Below are positions 8,989 to 22,206 of a stretch of DNA of 64,000 bases, in pieces. The stretch spans positions 768,001-832,000 of the forward strand of contig CAVPCT010000003.1 in NCBI GenBank assembly GCA_963702475.1, given 5' to 3'. The notes under the pieces were generated by a model. It was given only the letters and a program-made list of their open reading frames with translations, was not told where the DNA came from and did no database searches. Position numbers and translations under genes: made by a program. The DNA comes from an uncultured Thermoleophilia bacterium. GTDB taxonomy: Bacteria; Actinomycetota; Thermoleophilia; UBA2241. Position 1 is the first letter of the stretch. Each line of letters opens with the position of its first letter.

Positions 8989-10425
8989 TCAGGTGTCGAG
9001 GCGTTCGAGCTCCTCTTGCAGGACCGTCTCGATCTCCCGCCGCCGCTCGACGACGAGCTCGGCGGCGGCGGCCGCGAACGTGCTCCAGGGCGGCGTGTCC
9101 GCTCCGATAAGGCCGCGCAGCCGGTCGGCGAGCTCCCCGGCGCGGCCGTCGACCGTCTCGACGGCGATGCGCCACTCCGCGGGATCGGCGGTCTGCTGGT
9201 ACATGCGCACCAGGGCCACATCCAGGTCGTCGCTGATGAGGGCCACCGCGCCGCCCACGAACGGTCGTGGTTCGTGGTGGTCGACGACCCAGCCGCCCGC
9301 GTCGTACACGTCGAGCCCGCCCCCCGGCCAGGCCTCGTCGGCCCACCTCTCGGCGAAGGGCTTGTGCGTGTGGCCGAGGATCAAGGAGGCCTGAGCCGGC
9401 AGCCCGCCCAGGTCGGTCTCGACGCGTTGCCGAAGGGCGCCGATGTAGGTCCCGAGCGCCTTGCGGGCGCCGGCGCTCAGCACCCCGCCCTGGTCGCCGC
9501 GTTCGCGTGACGCCGCGAGCTTGCCGACGAGCCCTCCGGCCAGGTGTCTTATCGCCCAGCGCTCGGCAGCGCCCTTCAGGCGTCCCTGGTCGATCGTCAC
9601 GTTGCGCGCCACGGTGTCGATGAGCCGGTCGAACGCCGTGTCGTCCTGCAGCGCTTCGTAGACCAGTTCGACCAGGGCGCCCGGTTTGCCGGAGCGCGTC
9701 ATCGAGGAGAAGAAGAAGTCGATCCAGGGCCAGTTCTCGCGCTCCAGGGTCTCGGCGTCTCTGGGGAGCTGGGCGTGTGGAGCGAAGAGCCTGGCGAACT
9801 CGGACATGCTGATGCAGACCGGATCGATGTAGTGGCCGTGGGTCACCAGTACGAGCCGGCGGCCGTCGGCGGAGGGCAGGGCGAGGTCGGGGTAGAGCAC
9901 CCTGACGCGCGCGCCGCTGCGCTGCGTCGACGCCCGCAGCAGCGCGCTGAGCGCGGTCGAGGCAATGGCCGGCTCCCGGTCGAGCAGCATGGGGCCGGTA
10001 CGACTGCTGAAATCCCCGCCCATGCGTCCGCCGCCGGCCACGAGCTGATCCTCGAGCCACCGTTGCCTCGCGTACTCCCACAGCAGGTGATCGTGGTTGC
10101 CCGGGAGGAGGATCACTTCATCGGTGATGACCGGGTCTTCGCTCGTCAGGAGCGCGCGGGCGAACAGGCCGAAGACGGGCAGCGCCCGCTCCGGCGGCGA
10201 GAGCGCCAGGTCGATGAGGTCGCCGGCTGCGACGAGCGTCGGTGGTCGCCCGGGTCCGTTGCAGCCGGCGACCAGAGCCCTCATGCAGTCGGCCAGGGCG
10301 AGCAGCGCCGGGCTGGCCTCGTGGGTGTCCGCGACCGTCTGCCCCGGCGTGAGGCCGGTGAGGATGCTGTTGCCGGCACCCAGGTGCACGTCGGTGAGCA
10401 CGATGTAGCGGATCCTGGCGCTCAT
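8989..10425 (-). CDS. Calcineurin-like metallophosphoesterase family protein
   Basis: Motifs DVHLG, GDLID, GNHD, THGH, GHTH in canonical order. Confidence 0.8.
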   Translation of the reverse strand: MSARIRYIVLTDVHLGAGNSILTGLTPGQTVADTHEASPALLALADCMRALVAGCNGPGRPPTLVAAGDLIDLALSPPERALPVFGLFARALLTSEDPVITDEVILLPGNHDHLLWEYARQRWLEDQLVAGGGRMGGDFSSRTGPMLLDREPAIASTALSALLRASTQRSGARVRVLYPDLALPSADGRRLVLVTHGHYIDPVCISMSEFARLFAPHAQLPRDAETLERENWPWIDFFFSSMTRSGKPGALVELVYEALQDDTAFDRLIDTVARNVTIDQGRLKGAAERWAIRHLAGGLVGKLAASRERGDQGGVLSAGARKALGTYIGALRQRVETDLGGLPAQASLILGHTHKPFAERWADEAWPGGGLDVYDAGGWVVDHHEPRPFVGGAVALISDDLDVALVRMYQQTADPAEWRIAVETVDGRAGELADRLRGLIGADTPPWSTFAAAAAELVVERRREIETVLQEELERLDT

Positions 10426-10654
10426 GGCTCGGTCTCCTCAGTCACGCCGGACGCGTGGTACGTGGTCGACACGGGGGAATGCTACGCGAGAACGACGGCG
10501 CCGGGGAGCCCCATCGCTTGCGCGTGAAGGACGGTGGGGCGGGGCCGCAGAAGGCCCCGCCCCACCGTCCCCGCGCTGCCGTCACTGCGCCGCGACCTTC
10601 GCGGTCGATGGCCCCCGGCGAGCATCGCTCCCGTCGCCATCGTCTCCGCTGCGG

Positions 10655-12868
<2,214 letters not shown>

Positions 12869-13354
12869 TCACGTGGGCCTCGCTCTCGCCGATCGCTCGG
12901 CGGTCGTCTCGTTGGTCTGGCACGCGGCACAGACGCCGCGGAACTGGACGGTCACCGTGTCCGGGCGTCCGATGCGGGAGACATCCGCCGTCGGACCGAT
13001 GGCGTCGAGTCCGCCGTCTTCAACGTCCCGGATGAGCCCGCAGCGTGTACACACGAAGTGGTGGTGCCGGGCCGTGTTGGGGTCGTAGCGCGCCGGCCCG
13101 GCCGTGAACAGTACCCGAGTGACGAGCCCTCGCTCCGTGAGCGTCGCCAGCGTGCGGTACACGGTGTCGAGCGAGATGGTCGGCACCCTCTCGCGCACCG
13201 CCCGGTAGACGCTCTCGACGTCCGGGTGCGTGTCGTCGGCGGCGAGGACGCGGACGATCTCGAGCCGCTGGTGGGTGAGGCGGAGGCCGGCCTCGCGAAG
13301 TGCCTGCGAGAGCTGCTCGACGCGTCGAGCGATCTCGTCGGACCGCAACGCCAT
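12869..13354 (-). CDS. Fur family peroxide-responsive regulator (FurA/PerR-like)
   Basis: GLRLTHQRL, SLDTVYRTL, HHHFVCTRCG, GVCAAC; directly upstream of katG. Confidence 0.92.
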   Translation of the reverse strand: MALRSDEIARRVEQLSQALREAGLRLTHQRLEIVRVLAADDTHPDVESVYRAVRERVPTISLDTVYRTLATLTERGLVTRVLFTAGPARYDPNTARHHHFVCTRCGLIRDVEDGGLDAIGPTADVSRIGRPDTVTVQFRGVCAACQTNETTAERSARARPT

Positions 13355-13747
13355 CGCACTCCTCTCTCCCCGGTTTCGCCTGGATTGCCGCACCGGCGAC
13401 CGTGGTCCGGTCCCCGCTCGCGCCCGCCGGCGTTCCTGCCAGTCATTCTTATATGGGAACAAGGCGACGATAACAAACGTCGAGCCCCGTTGCGGCCGGG
13501 GAGGGTCGTGCCCGGCGCGAGTGCCGGCTTTCCTTGCCCGGCGATGGGGGGTCGCCCACCGGCGCGACCGGCGTATCATCGGTTGAGCGGACGCGCTCCG
13601 GCTCGCTGTCCGGGGACGGCCACTCGCGCGGGCTGGACACTCCATGAGGGCCGGGCCGGCGAGGTCGCGCGAACGCGCCGGTCAAGTCGCGAGGGCGATG
13701 CCGGCCGGACCTGCCACACCCGGCCGAACCGCGGGGAGGGATCGACG

Positions 13748-15199
13748 ATGGACCGATCTGGCACGCCAGTGGGCGGGCGGGCGTTCGGGCGGCGGCACCG
13801 GGCCGTCTTCTGGCAGGGAGGCGACCCGCGGTGGCAGCCGCAGGGTCTCCGGCCGCTGACCACGGCGGAGCGGGCGGACGTCTGTGTCGTCGGAGGCGGC
13901 TTCACCGGCCTGTGGACCTCGCTGTACCTCAAGAGACTCGATCCCGGCGCCGACGTCGTGCTGATCGAGCGCGAGTACTGCGGCGCCGGCGCCAGCGGCC
14001 GCAACGGTGGCTGGGTGGACGGGTGGGACCGCTCTCTCCCCACTCTTGTGGCGCGGTTCGGCCGCGACGCCGGCCTGTGGTTGCTGGACGCGTCGCGGCA
14101 CAGCGTCGACGAGATCCGCCGGGTCGTGGATGAAGGCGCCATCGACTGCGACCTCCGCCTCGCCGGCGGTCTGGTCGTCGCCGAGTCGCCGGCGCAGGTG
14201 GAGGGCGTGCTGCGGCCCGCCAGGCTGGCCCGGGAGCTGGGCCGGGAAGGCCTGTTCCGGGAGCTGGACAGGGAGGAGGCCCGTGAGCTCTCGGGATCGC
14301 CGGCGGCCGAGGCGGCGGTGATCATGGAGCACGCCGGCGGCGTGCAGCCGGCGCTGCTGGCACAGGGCTTGCGCCGGCTCGCCCTCGCCGCGGGCGTCCG
14401 GGTCTACGAGTGCACGCCCCTGCTGGACCTCGAGCGTGGGCTGCCGGCGGTGGTCAAGACCCCGTCGGGGTCCGTGGTCGCCGACAGGGTCGTGCTCGGC
14501 AGCGGGGCGTGGCTCGCGCGGGTGCCGGAGCTCTGCCGCACGGTCTTCCTCATCCCCTCGCACATCGTCGCCACCGCCACGTCGCGCGAACGGCTCGACG
14601 TCCTCGGGTGGCCCGCCGGGCGACCGTATGCAGATGGACGCACGGCCGTGCACTACGCGCAGCGTACGGGTGACCATCGCCTCGTCTTCGGGAGGGGCGG
14701 AGGCCGCCTTGGATTCGGCGGACGCATCATCCCGGCGCACTACCACGACCCCCGGCAGACCGAGCAGATCGTGGGGGACATGCACGCGCTGTTCCCGGCG
14801 ACGCGTGGCCTCGCCGTGGAGTGGTCCTGGGGCGGTCCGGTGGAACGCACCCAGCACGGGCTGCCCTGGGTGGGCGTGCTCGGCCGGTACCGCAACGTCC
14901 ACTACGGTATCGGCTACTGCGGGAACGGCGTGGCGCCCTCCAACCTGATCGGGCGGACGCTGGCGTCGGTCGTCCTGGAGGCCGGCGACGACTACGCCCG
15001 GTCACCGCTTGTGTCGGAGGCGCCCACGTACCTGCCGCCGGAGCCGCTGCGATCGGCCGGCGCGCGGCTGGTGCGCACCGCGATCGAGCACTGCGAGGTG
15101 CTCGAGGACCAGGGCCGGAGGCCCGACCCCGTCTCGCGCGTCCTGCGGCGCGGCCTCGGGCTGTCCGTGCCCAGGGGCATCACCTGGCGGCGCGGGTGA
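13748..15199 (+). CDS. FAD-dependent oxidoreductase (DAO/PuuB-like amine oxidase)
   Basis: VVGGGFTGLW, GASGRNGG, GYCGNGV; the true start lies within the long track ORF. Confidence 0.85.
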   Translation: MDRSGTPVGGRAFGRRHRAVFWQGGDPRWQPQGLRPLTTAERADVCVVGGGFTGLWTSLYLKRLDPGADVVLIEREYCGAGASGRNGGWVDGWDRSLPTLVARFGRDAGLWLLDASRHSVDEIRRVVDEGAIDCDLRLAGGLVVAESPAQVEGVLRPARLARELGREGLFRELDREEARELSGSPAAEAAVIMEHAGGVQPALLAQGLRRLALAAGVRVYECTPLLDLERGLPAVVKTPSGSVVADRVVLGSGAWLARVPELCRTVFLIPSHIVATATSRERLDVLGWPAGRPYADGRTAVHYAQRTGDHRLVFGRGGGRLGFGGRIIPAHYHDPRQTEQIVGDMHALFPATRGLAVEWSWGGPVERTQHGLPWVGVLGRYRNVHYGIGYCGNGVAPSNLIGRTLASVVLEAGDDYARSPLVSEAPTYLPPEPLRSAGARLVRTAIEHCEVLEDQGRRPDPVSRVLRRGLGLSVPRGITWRRG

Positions 15200-15256
15200 G
15201 GGCGACGCGGCGGCCGGAGCGCCGGAGGTGCGGGGAGTGCCGGCGGTAGCGTCGCC

Positions 15257-16297
15257 TCAGACCGCCGGCACCTGCTGGGTGATGCAGTGGATGCCGCCGC
15301 CGCCGTAGCCGATCACAGGACACGGCACGCCGACGACCTCGCGGTCGGGGACGACGGCGCGCAGGTGCTCGAGCGCCGCCTCGTCGTCGGCAGTGCCGCC
15401 GGTCGGCACGATGAGCGCGCCGTTGGCGAAGTAGGAGTTGATGTACGTCTCCACGATCGGCGTGTCGCCGACAAGGACCGGCCGGCTGCGCGCATCGAGA
15501 TCGCTGACCTCGAGCGGCCGGCCGAGGGCGTCTGTGGTCGCGAGCCTCCGCCGGTTCTCGCGCAGGTTCTCGAAGTCGGGATGGCCAGGGTCTCGCACCA
15601 TGTGCAGGAGCACCCGACCCGGTCCCACGAACGCGGCGACGCCGTCGACGTGCCCGTCCGTGTCGGGGTCATCGTCGAGGCCGAGCCCCGACACCAGCCA
15701 GATCACCTTCTCGACGCCGAGGTAGTCCCTGAGCATCTGAGTCATGTCGTCTTTGGTGAGATCGGGATTGCGCGAGGGGTGCAGGCGGCAGCTCTCCGTG
15801 GTGATCAGCGTGCCCTCGCCGTCGACCGTGATCGAGCCGCCCTCGAGCACCATGGGGGCCGCGAACCGCTCCACGCCGAAGTGCTCGGCCAGGCGCCGTC
15901 CGATGGCCGCGTCGGCGTCGTAGGGCACGTACTTCTCGCCCCACGAGTTGAACCTGAAGTCGCTGACCGCGAGGCGCCCGTCGGGGTGCGTGACGAAGAT
16001 GGGGCCGCTGTCGCGCAGCCAGGAGTCGTCGAGGGGCATCTCGACGACCTTGATGTCCGAGCCGCAGTAGCTCCGCGCGACGGCGCCCTCGCCAGGACGG
16101 GCGAGCATCAGCACGGGCTCGAAACGAGCGATGGCGTGGGCGACCGCGGCGTAGCTCGCCATGGCGAGCAGGTAGCGCTCCCCCCAGACGGTCGGTACGC
16201 GGAGCCCTGTGGGCCACCCCATGATGCAGCGCTGGTACGGCTCCCACTCGGCGGGCATGGCCGACTCCTTCGCCGGGGACTGGGATCCGGAAGCCAA
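15257..16297 (-). CDS. Agmatine deiminase family protein
   Basis: MPAEWEP, DDSWLRDSGP, LEGGSI, DTDGHVD, GGGGIHCITQQ. Confidence 0.93.
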   Translation of the reverse strand: MASGSQSPAKESAMPAEWEPYQRCIMGWPTGLRVPTVWGERYLLAMASYAAVAHAIARFEPVLMLARPGEGAVARSYCGSDIKVVEMPLDDSWLRDSGPIFVTHPDGRLAVSDFRFNSWGEKYVPYDADAAIGRRLAEHFGVERFAAPMVLEGGSITVDGEGTLITTESCRLHPSRNPDLTKDDMTQMLRDYLGVEKVIWLVSGLGLDDDPDTDGHVDGVAAFVGPGRVLLHMVRDPGHPDFENLRENRRRLATTDALGRPLEVSDLDARSRPVLVGDTPIVETYINSYFANGALIVPTGGTADDEAALEHLRAVVPDREVVGVPCPVIGYGGGGIHCITQQVPAV

Positions 16298-16429
16298 GGG
16301 GTCAAGCTATCGTGTCGACCTGCCGGGCACCGGCAGGCTCTGCGTCCTGTTCGCGATCGGGGCCGCCGCGCCGGGTAGAATGGGCAGCGGTACACGGACG
16401 AGCCGCCAGGCTCGGAAAGGTCGGACACC

Positions 16430-17170
16430 ATGGCGATCCTCGCACTCGAGGACGTGTCCCTGGAGCTCGGCGGCAAGCACATCCTCAACGGCTTGAGCGT
16501 CGAGTTCTGGGAGGGCCACGTCCACGCGCTCATCGGACCCAACGGAGCCGGCAAGTCGACGCTCGCCAGCACCATCATGGGCCTGCCCGGCTACACGCAC
16601 TACACCGGGCACGTCAGGCTCGACGGCGAGCCGCTGGACGACGTGCCGGTGGACGAGCGGGCGCGCCGGGGCATCACGCTCGCGTGGCAGGAGCCGGCGC
16701 GCTTCGAGGGCCTTCGAATGGACCGCTTCATAGCCGCCGGGGCCAGGGACAAGTCGACCGCCGGAGTGCGGAACATGCTGGCCCGGGTGGGCCTGGATCC
16801 CGACCGCTACATCACGCGCAAGGTGGATAAGACCCTTTCCGGAGGCGAGCGCAAGCGTGTGGAGCTCGCCTCCATCCTGGCCATGGAGCCGCGCATCGTG
16901 CTCATGGACGAGCCCGATTCGGGCATCGACGTGGAGGCGCTGCAGCGCATCTTCGACGCGCTCGCCGACTTCAAGGCCATGGGTACCACGGTGATCATGA
17001 TCACGCACAGCATGGCCGTGCTCGAGCACGCGGAGCACGCCTTCCTCCTCTGCAACGGCCAGATCATCGACAAGGGCACGGTGGACAAGATCCGTGGCTA
17101 CTTCTCGCACAACTGCATACCGTGCGGCCACGAGAACGTGCCTGGCCTGGAAGAGCTGGTGCAGGCATGA
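16430..17170 (+). CDS. SufC/SmsC-like Fe-S assembly ATPase
   Basis: GPNGAGKS, LSGGERKR, DEPDSGID; C-terminal CxxC (CIPC). Confidence 0.88.
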   Translation: MAILALEDVSLELGGKHILNGLSVEFWEGHVHALIGPNGAGKSTLASTIMGLPGYTHYTGHVRLDGEPLDDVPVDERARRGITLAWQEPARFEGLRMDRFIAAGARDKSTAGVRNMLARVGLDPDRYITRKVDKTLSGGERKRVELASILAMEPRIVLMDEPDSGIDVEALQRIFDALADFKAMGTTVIMITHSMAVLEHAEHAFLLCNGQIIDKGTVDKIRGYFSHNCIPCGHENVPGLEELVQA

Positions 17171-18153
17171 GCGGGCCACGCAGGCGACCCGTCGAGGGGG
17201 GCGCCGGAGGGACGCCCCTCAGCGACGTCGCCACCGCCCGCGCCCTGCTGGAGTCGCTCGGCTCCTACGGCCACCACTTCACCGGCGACGACGTCGCCCA
17301 CCTGGAGGTCAGCGGCAACGAGGTCGTCGGCTCGCACCTCGTGCCCGGCCTCGAGATGGACATCGAGCAGCTCGACGACGGCATCGAGGCGCACATCCGC
17401 CTGCGCGAGGGCGTCAGGCTCGCCAACCCCGTGCATATCTGCTTCGGGATGCTGCCGACGGAGGGCCTGCAGCACATCGTCATGAAGGTCGACGTGGAGC
17501 CGGACTCGTTCGCCTCGGTGCAGGCGCACTGCACCTTCCCCAACGCCGTCGAGATCACGCACAAGATGGACGCCGTGGTGGACATCCAGCCGGGCGGCAC
17601 CTACGAGTACTTCGAGCGGCACCTGCACGGCAAGGAGGGCGGCGTCATCGTCGTCCCCAAGACGCGCGTGCACATCGGCGAGGGCGCCCGCTTCAAGACC
17701 GAGTTCGAGCTCATCAAGGGTCAGGCCGGCGTCATCGACTTCGACTACGACGTGGACTGCGACGCGCAGAGCACCCTGCAGATGATCGCCCGCATCATCG
17801 GGCGCGGGGACGACACCGTCACCATCCGCGAGAGCGGCCACCTCAACGGTGAGGGCGCCCGCGCCGTGCTCAACTCGTATCTGGCGCTCAAGGACGAGGC
17901 CCGGGCGGAGGTCTACAACACGCTCACCGCCTCCGCCCCGTACGCCCGCGGGCACGTGGACTGCAAGGAGATCGTGCAGGGGCACGCGCTCGCCAAGGCC
18001 GTGCCCGTGGTCGAGGTCAGCCACCCGCTCGCGCACGTGACGCACGAGGCGGCGATCGGCTCCGTCGACTCCAAGCAGCTGCAGACGCTGATGAGCCGTG
18101 GGCTCACGGAGGACGAGGCGACCGACCTCATCATCGAGGGGCTGCTGAGCTGA
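17167..18153 (+). CDS. SufB/SufD (SmsB-like) Fe-S scaffold protein
   Basis: PVHICFG, ARGHVDCKEIV, HVTHEAAIG, LMSRGLTEDEA; ATGA coupled to sufC. Confidence 0.88.
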   Translation: MSGPRRRPVEGGAGGTPLSDVATARALLESLGSYGHHFTGDDVAHLEVSGNEVVGSHLVPGLEMDIEQLDDGIEAHIRLREGVRLANPVHICFGMLPTEGLQHIVMKVDVEPDSFASVQAHCTFPNAVEITHKMDAVVDIQPGGTYEYFERHLHGKEGGVIVVPKTRVHIGEGARFKTEFELIKGQAGVIDFDYDVDCDAQSTLQMIARIIGRGDDTVTIRESGHLNGEGARAVLNSYLALKDEARAEVYNTLTASAPYARGHVDCKEIVQGHALAKAVPVVEVSHPLAHVTHEAAIGSVDSKQLQTLMSRGLTEDEATDLIIEGLLS

Positions 18154-18206
18154 CGGTCTGAAGGACCCGCGGGCCGGCAGCTGCGCCCGGAGCCCGACGC
18201 GCGGCG

Positions 18207-19136
18207 TCAGCCGAGCCGGGCGCCGAGTGTCAGGCCCGCCTGCGCCGCCCACTCGCCGGCCGGGAGCTTGCTTCCGCCGGCCGGCTTCACCCGCGCGATG
18301 CGGATGCGGCCGTCCGCACAGGCGACCACGACGCCCTCCGGGGTCACCTCGAGGACCTCGCCGGGGGCGCCGCCGAGGCCCGCGAGGTCGCGGGCCGGCT
18401 GCGGCGCCGTCCCGAACAGCTGCACGACGTCTTCACCGTGTGTCGTCCACGCGCCCGGCTGGGGGTCGCACCCGCGGATCAGATCGTGGATCTGCTTCCA
18501 CGGCTTGCCCCAGTCGACGCGCGCGTTGCCGCGCTCGCAGGGCCCTTCGTAGGTGGCCAGCGCGTCGTCCTGCGCGATCCGCGGCGCCCCGCCGGACTTC
18601 ACCAGGTCCACCGCCTCGAGGAGCGCCTCGACGCCCATCGGGAAGAGCCGCCGGAAGTACACCGTGCCGAGCGTCTCGTCGGGCCCGATGGGCGTCGTCT
18701 TGTGCAGCAGCACGTCGCCGGTGTCGAGCCCGGCGTCGGGCCAGAAGACGGTGAGTCCCGTCTCGGAATCACCGGCGATGATCGGCCAGTTGATGGCGCT
18801 GCGGCCGCGGTGCCGCGGCAGCAGGGAGGGGTGGTACTGGATCGTGCCGTGCGTCGGGATGCCGAGGAACGACTCGGGAATGACCAGGGTGACGAACGCC
18901 ATGACCTGGAGGTCGGGCGCCAGGGCGCGCAACTCGTCGTGCACCTGGGGGTCCCGGAACGTGGTCGGCTGGAAGGCGGGCAACCCCGCGGCCGCGGCGG
19001 CCTCCGCCAGCGGGTCGCGCCCGCCGCCCGGCCCGTCGGGTGCCGTGAACACGGCGACCACGTCGTCGCCGCGCGCCAGCAGCGCCTCCAGCACCGCCTT
19101 GCCGAACGCCTGCTGGCCGTGCACCACGATACGCAT
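18207..19136 (-). CDS. Formyltransferase (Fmt / 10-formyl-THF hydrolase-like)
   Basis: YHPSLLPRHRGRSAINW, GLDTGD, C-terminal Fmt-like domain. Confidence 0.85.
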   Translation of the reverse strand: MRIVVHGQQAFGKAVLEALLARGDDVVAVFTAPDGPGGGRDPLAEAAAAAGLPAFQPTTFRDPQVHDELRALAPDLQVMAFVTLVIPESFLGIPTHGTIQYHPSLLPRHRGRSAINWPIIAGDSETGLTVFWPDAGLDTGDVLLHKTTPIGPDETLGTVYFRRLFPMGVEALLEAVDLVKSGGAPRIAQDDALATYEGPCERGNARVDWGKPWKQIHDLIRGCDPQPGAWTTHGEDVVQLFGTAPQPARDLAGLGGAPGEVLEVTPEGVVVACADGRIRIARVKPAGGSKLPAGEWAAQAGLTLGARLG

Positions 19137-19347
19137 CTGCCCCTCCCGGTCTCGTTCGTGGTCCGATGCTACCGAAGGACACGCGCTGAGTCCCGCCGGT
19201 GCCGCTCGACGCGTCGTTCTGGCGTATGCTCGGAAAAGCGCGTCGTGGTGGGGGTAGCGGCCAGCGCGCGGGGGCGCGCGGGCGTCCGGGCAGGATGCTC
19301 AAGGCGCCCATGGAGCACGGATCGGCCGCAGCGAGAGGAGAGGGCTC

Positions 19348-20361
19348 GTGGGCAGTGTCGTCACGACGGAGTCCCTGACCAAGTCGTTCGGCCCAACGCG
19401 TGCGCTCGACGGTCTGACGTTCTCGGTGGAGCAGGGAGAGGTCCACGGCTTCCTCGGTCCGAACGGCGCCGGCAAGACGACGACCTTGCGCATCCTGCTG
19501 GGACTGGTGAGAGCGGACGGCGGGCGCGCGAGCCTCCTGGGCGGCGATCCTTGGCGCGACGCCGTGGACCTGCACCGGCGGCTGGCGTACGTGCCCGGCG
19601 ACGTCGCGCTCTGGCCGAACTTCACCGGCGGCGAGATCATCGACCTTCTGGGCCGCCTCCGCGGCGGCCTCGACACGAGGCGCCGGGCGGCGCTGCTGGA
19701 GCGTTTCGCCCTCGACCCGTCCAGGAAGGGACGTTCCTACTCCAAGGGCAATCGTCAGAAGGTCGCGCTCGTCGCCGCGCTCGCCTCCGACGCGGAGTTG
19801 CTGCTGCTGGACGAGCCGACCTCGGGTCTGGACCCGTTGATGGAAGCGTCGTTCCGCGAGTGCGTGCGCGAGGAGCGCGAGCGCGGCCGCAGCGTCCTGC
19901 TGTCCAGCCACATCCTCGCCGAGGTCGAGGCGGTGTGCGACCGGGTGACGATCGTCCGGAGCGGCCGGGTGGTGGAGAGCGGCGCGCTCGCCGACCTGCG
20001 CCACCTGGCGCGCACCTCGGTCACCGCGGAAGTGGACGGGGATCCTGCGGGGCTTGTCGGCCTGCCGGGTGTCGCTGCCCTGCGGCTCGATGGCCGGGTC
20101 TTGCACGCCGAGGTGGAGACGGCGCATCTGGGCGCGTTTCTGCCGCGGCTCGCGGACCTGGGAGTGCACAGCCTCACAAGTCAGCCGCCCACTCTCGAGG
20201 AGCTGTTCCTCCGCTACTACGCCGAGCCTGGGAAGCCTGCGGGATCTCGCGGCCGGACGACCGCGGACTCCGCCGCGGACGGCCTCCTTTGGGCGGCGGG
20301 GGGACCCGACTCCGCCGCGGGTCCGGGAGATGCTGACGACCCGGTCGCGGACGACCGATGA
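19348..20361 (+). CDS. ABC transporter ATP-binding protein (exporter)
   Basis: [27 protein letters not shown]. Confidence 0.92.
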   Translation: MGSVVTTESLTKSFGPTRALDGLTFSVEQGEVHGFLGPNGAGKTTTLRILLGLVRADGGRASLLGGDPWRDAVDLHRRLAYVPGDVALWPNFTGGEIIDLLGRLRGGLDTRRRAALLERFALDPSRKGRSYSKGNRQKVALVAALASDAELLLLDEPTSGLDPLMEASFRECVREERERGRSVLLSSHILAEVEAVCDRVTIVRSGRVVESGALADLRHLARTSVTAEVDGDPAGLVGLPGVAALRLDGRVLHAEVETAHLGAFLPRLADLGVHSLTSQPPTLEELFLRYYAEPGKPAGSRGRTTADSAADGLLWAAGGPDSAAGPGDADDPVADDR

Positions 20362-21959
20362 ACACGTTCACGGGCACCGGCGCCCTCGTCCGGGTCGCCC
20401 TGCGCCGCAGCCGGCTGCTGCTGGCGGGATGGGTCGCCGTGTTCGTCGCGATGGCGGCGTACTCGGCCAAGGCCACGATCGACTTGTATCCGACGCTCGC
20501 GTCACGCGTGGAGGCCGCCGCCGCCGTCAACCGCTCGCAGGCGCTCGTCGCACTGTACGGTCGCGTGTACGACCCGGCCTCACTCGGATCGCTGGCGCTG
20601 ATCAAGACGGGCGGGTTCGGCGCTGTCTTCGTGGCCATGCTCAGCGTCGTCGTCGTGGTGCGGCACACCCGCGCCGACGAGGAGTCGGGCCGCACGGAGT
20701 TGGCCGGCGGCGGCGTCGTGGGCCGAGCTGCGCCGCTTGCTGCGGCACTCGTCGTCGCCCTCGGTGCGGATCTCGTGCTCGCGGCCCTCACCGCCGCCGG
20801 ACTGACCGCCGCCGGCCTGCCGGCCGCCGGCTCGATCGCGTTCGGCCTGGCGTGGGCGGGGGTCGGACTTGCCTTCGCGGCTGTGGCGGCTGTGGCGGCA
20901 CAGGCCGCCGTGAGCGCCCGCACGGCCACGGCCATCTGCGCCGCTGTCCTCGCCGCGGTGTACCTGCTTCGCGCCGTGGGAGATGCGGCCGGGGAGTCTG
21001 GTCTGCGCTGGCTCACCTGGCTTTCGCCGATCGGCTGGTCCCAGCAGTTTCGGCCTTACGCGGGCGATCGCTGGTGGGTGCTGTCGATCACGCTCGCCTT
21101 CGCCCTCGTGACGTCGGTCGCCGCGCTGGCGCTGGCGATGCGGCGTGACCTGGGCACGGGGCTCGTGCGCCACAGCGCCGGACCCGTCGCTGCCGGGCGG
21201 TCGCTGCGCGGTCCCTTCACGCTGGCCTGGCGGCTGCACCGCGGGGCGCTGGCCGGATGGGGCTTGGGATTCGTCGTGGCCGGGGTCGTTTTCGGCGCTC
21301 TCGCGGCGAACGTCGGCGACTTCGTCAACAACGCCGGCGCGCGCGAGCTTCTCGCCAGACTCGGAGGAGAGAAGGGTCTCACCGACTCCTTCTTGGCCAT
21401 GGAGTTCGCGGTGGCTGGGATCGTCGCTTCTGCGTTCGGTATCCAGGTCGTGCTGCGCTTGCAGTCCGAGGAGACGGGGCTGCGCGCCGAGCCGGTGCTC
21501 GCCGCCGCCGTGGGGCGCGTGCGGTGGGCGACGAGCCACGTCGCCGTCGCGGTCGGCGGCACCACGCTCCTGCTGGCTCTGGCCGGCGCCGCGGCCGGTG
21601 TCGCGCGCGCCGCCCAGAGTGGCGCGCCCTCAGAGACCGGCCGTATGGTAGCGGCGGCGCTCGTGCAGGTGCCGGCGGCCTGGGTGCTCGCAGGCGTGGT
21701 GGTCGCGCTCTTCGGCCTTGCGCCGCGGTTCGTGTCCCTTGGCTGGATGGCCCTCGCGGCGTTCGTGCTGGTCGGCGAGCTTGGCCCCCTGCTCGGGCTC
21801 GACCGGTGGGTCATGGATCTCTCACCCTTCGCCCACGTGCCCAGGTTGCCCGGTTCGCCGTTCAGCGCTGCGCCTCTCTTCGCGCTGACCGCGGTGGCGC
21901 TCACGCTCGCCGTCGCCGGTCTGATAGGGCTGCGTCGTCGCGATGTCGGCGGCGCCTGA
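20358..21959 (+). CDS. ABC exporter permease (TnrB3-like)
   Basis: About 12 TM segments with duplicated halves: [14 protein letters not shown] and [13 protein letters not shown]. Confidence 0.85.
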   Translation: MNTFTGTGALVRVALRRSRLLLAGWVAVFVAMAAYSAKATIDLYPTLASRVEAAAAVNRSQALVALYGRVYDPASLGSLALIKTGGFGAVFVAMLSVVVVVRHTRADEESGRTELAGGGVVGRAAPLAAALVVALGADLVLAALTAAGLTAAGLPAAGSIAFGLAWAGVGLAFAAVAAVAAQAAVSARTATAICAAVLAAVYLLRAVGDAAGESGLRWLTWLSPIGWSQQFRPYAGDRWWVLSITLAFALVTSVAALALAMRRDLGTGLVRHSAGPVAAGRSLRGPFTLAWRLHRGALAGWGLGFVVAGVVFGALAANVGDFVNNAGARELLARLGGEKGLTDSFLAMEFAVAGIVASAFGIQVVLRLQSEETGLRAEPVLAAAVGRVRWATSHVAVAVGGTTLLLALAGAAAGVARAAQSGAPSETGRMVAAALVQVPAAWVLAGVVVALFGLAPRFVSLGWMALAAFVLVGELGPLLGLDRWVMDLSPFAHVPRLPGSPFSAAPLFALTAVALTLAVAGLIGLRRRDVGGA

Positions 21960-22206
21960 CTGTCGCGCCGTCCCGGCCGCCGGCGACCTGCGAGTGGGCG
22001 GCGCACCCGTGCTGCGGCACGCGGGCCGACCGGCGACGACCGCTGCGCCGGCGTCTGGCGGGGAGATCCACGTCTCCCCGCCCGTGCTGCCTCACGCCGA
22101 GCTGCCCGTCCTCAGCCGTGCCGCGGCCGAGCGTGAGGTAGGCTGTCACCGGGCGGCGGACGGGCGAGGGCCGCACACAGCTCAGTGACACTGAGAGGAG
22201 TCCCCG

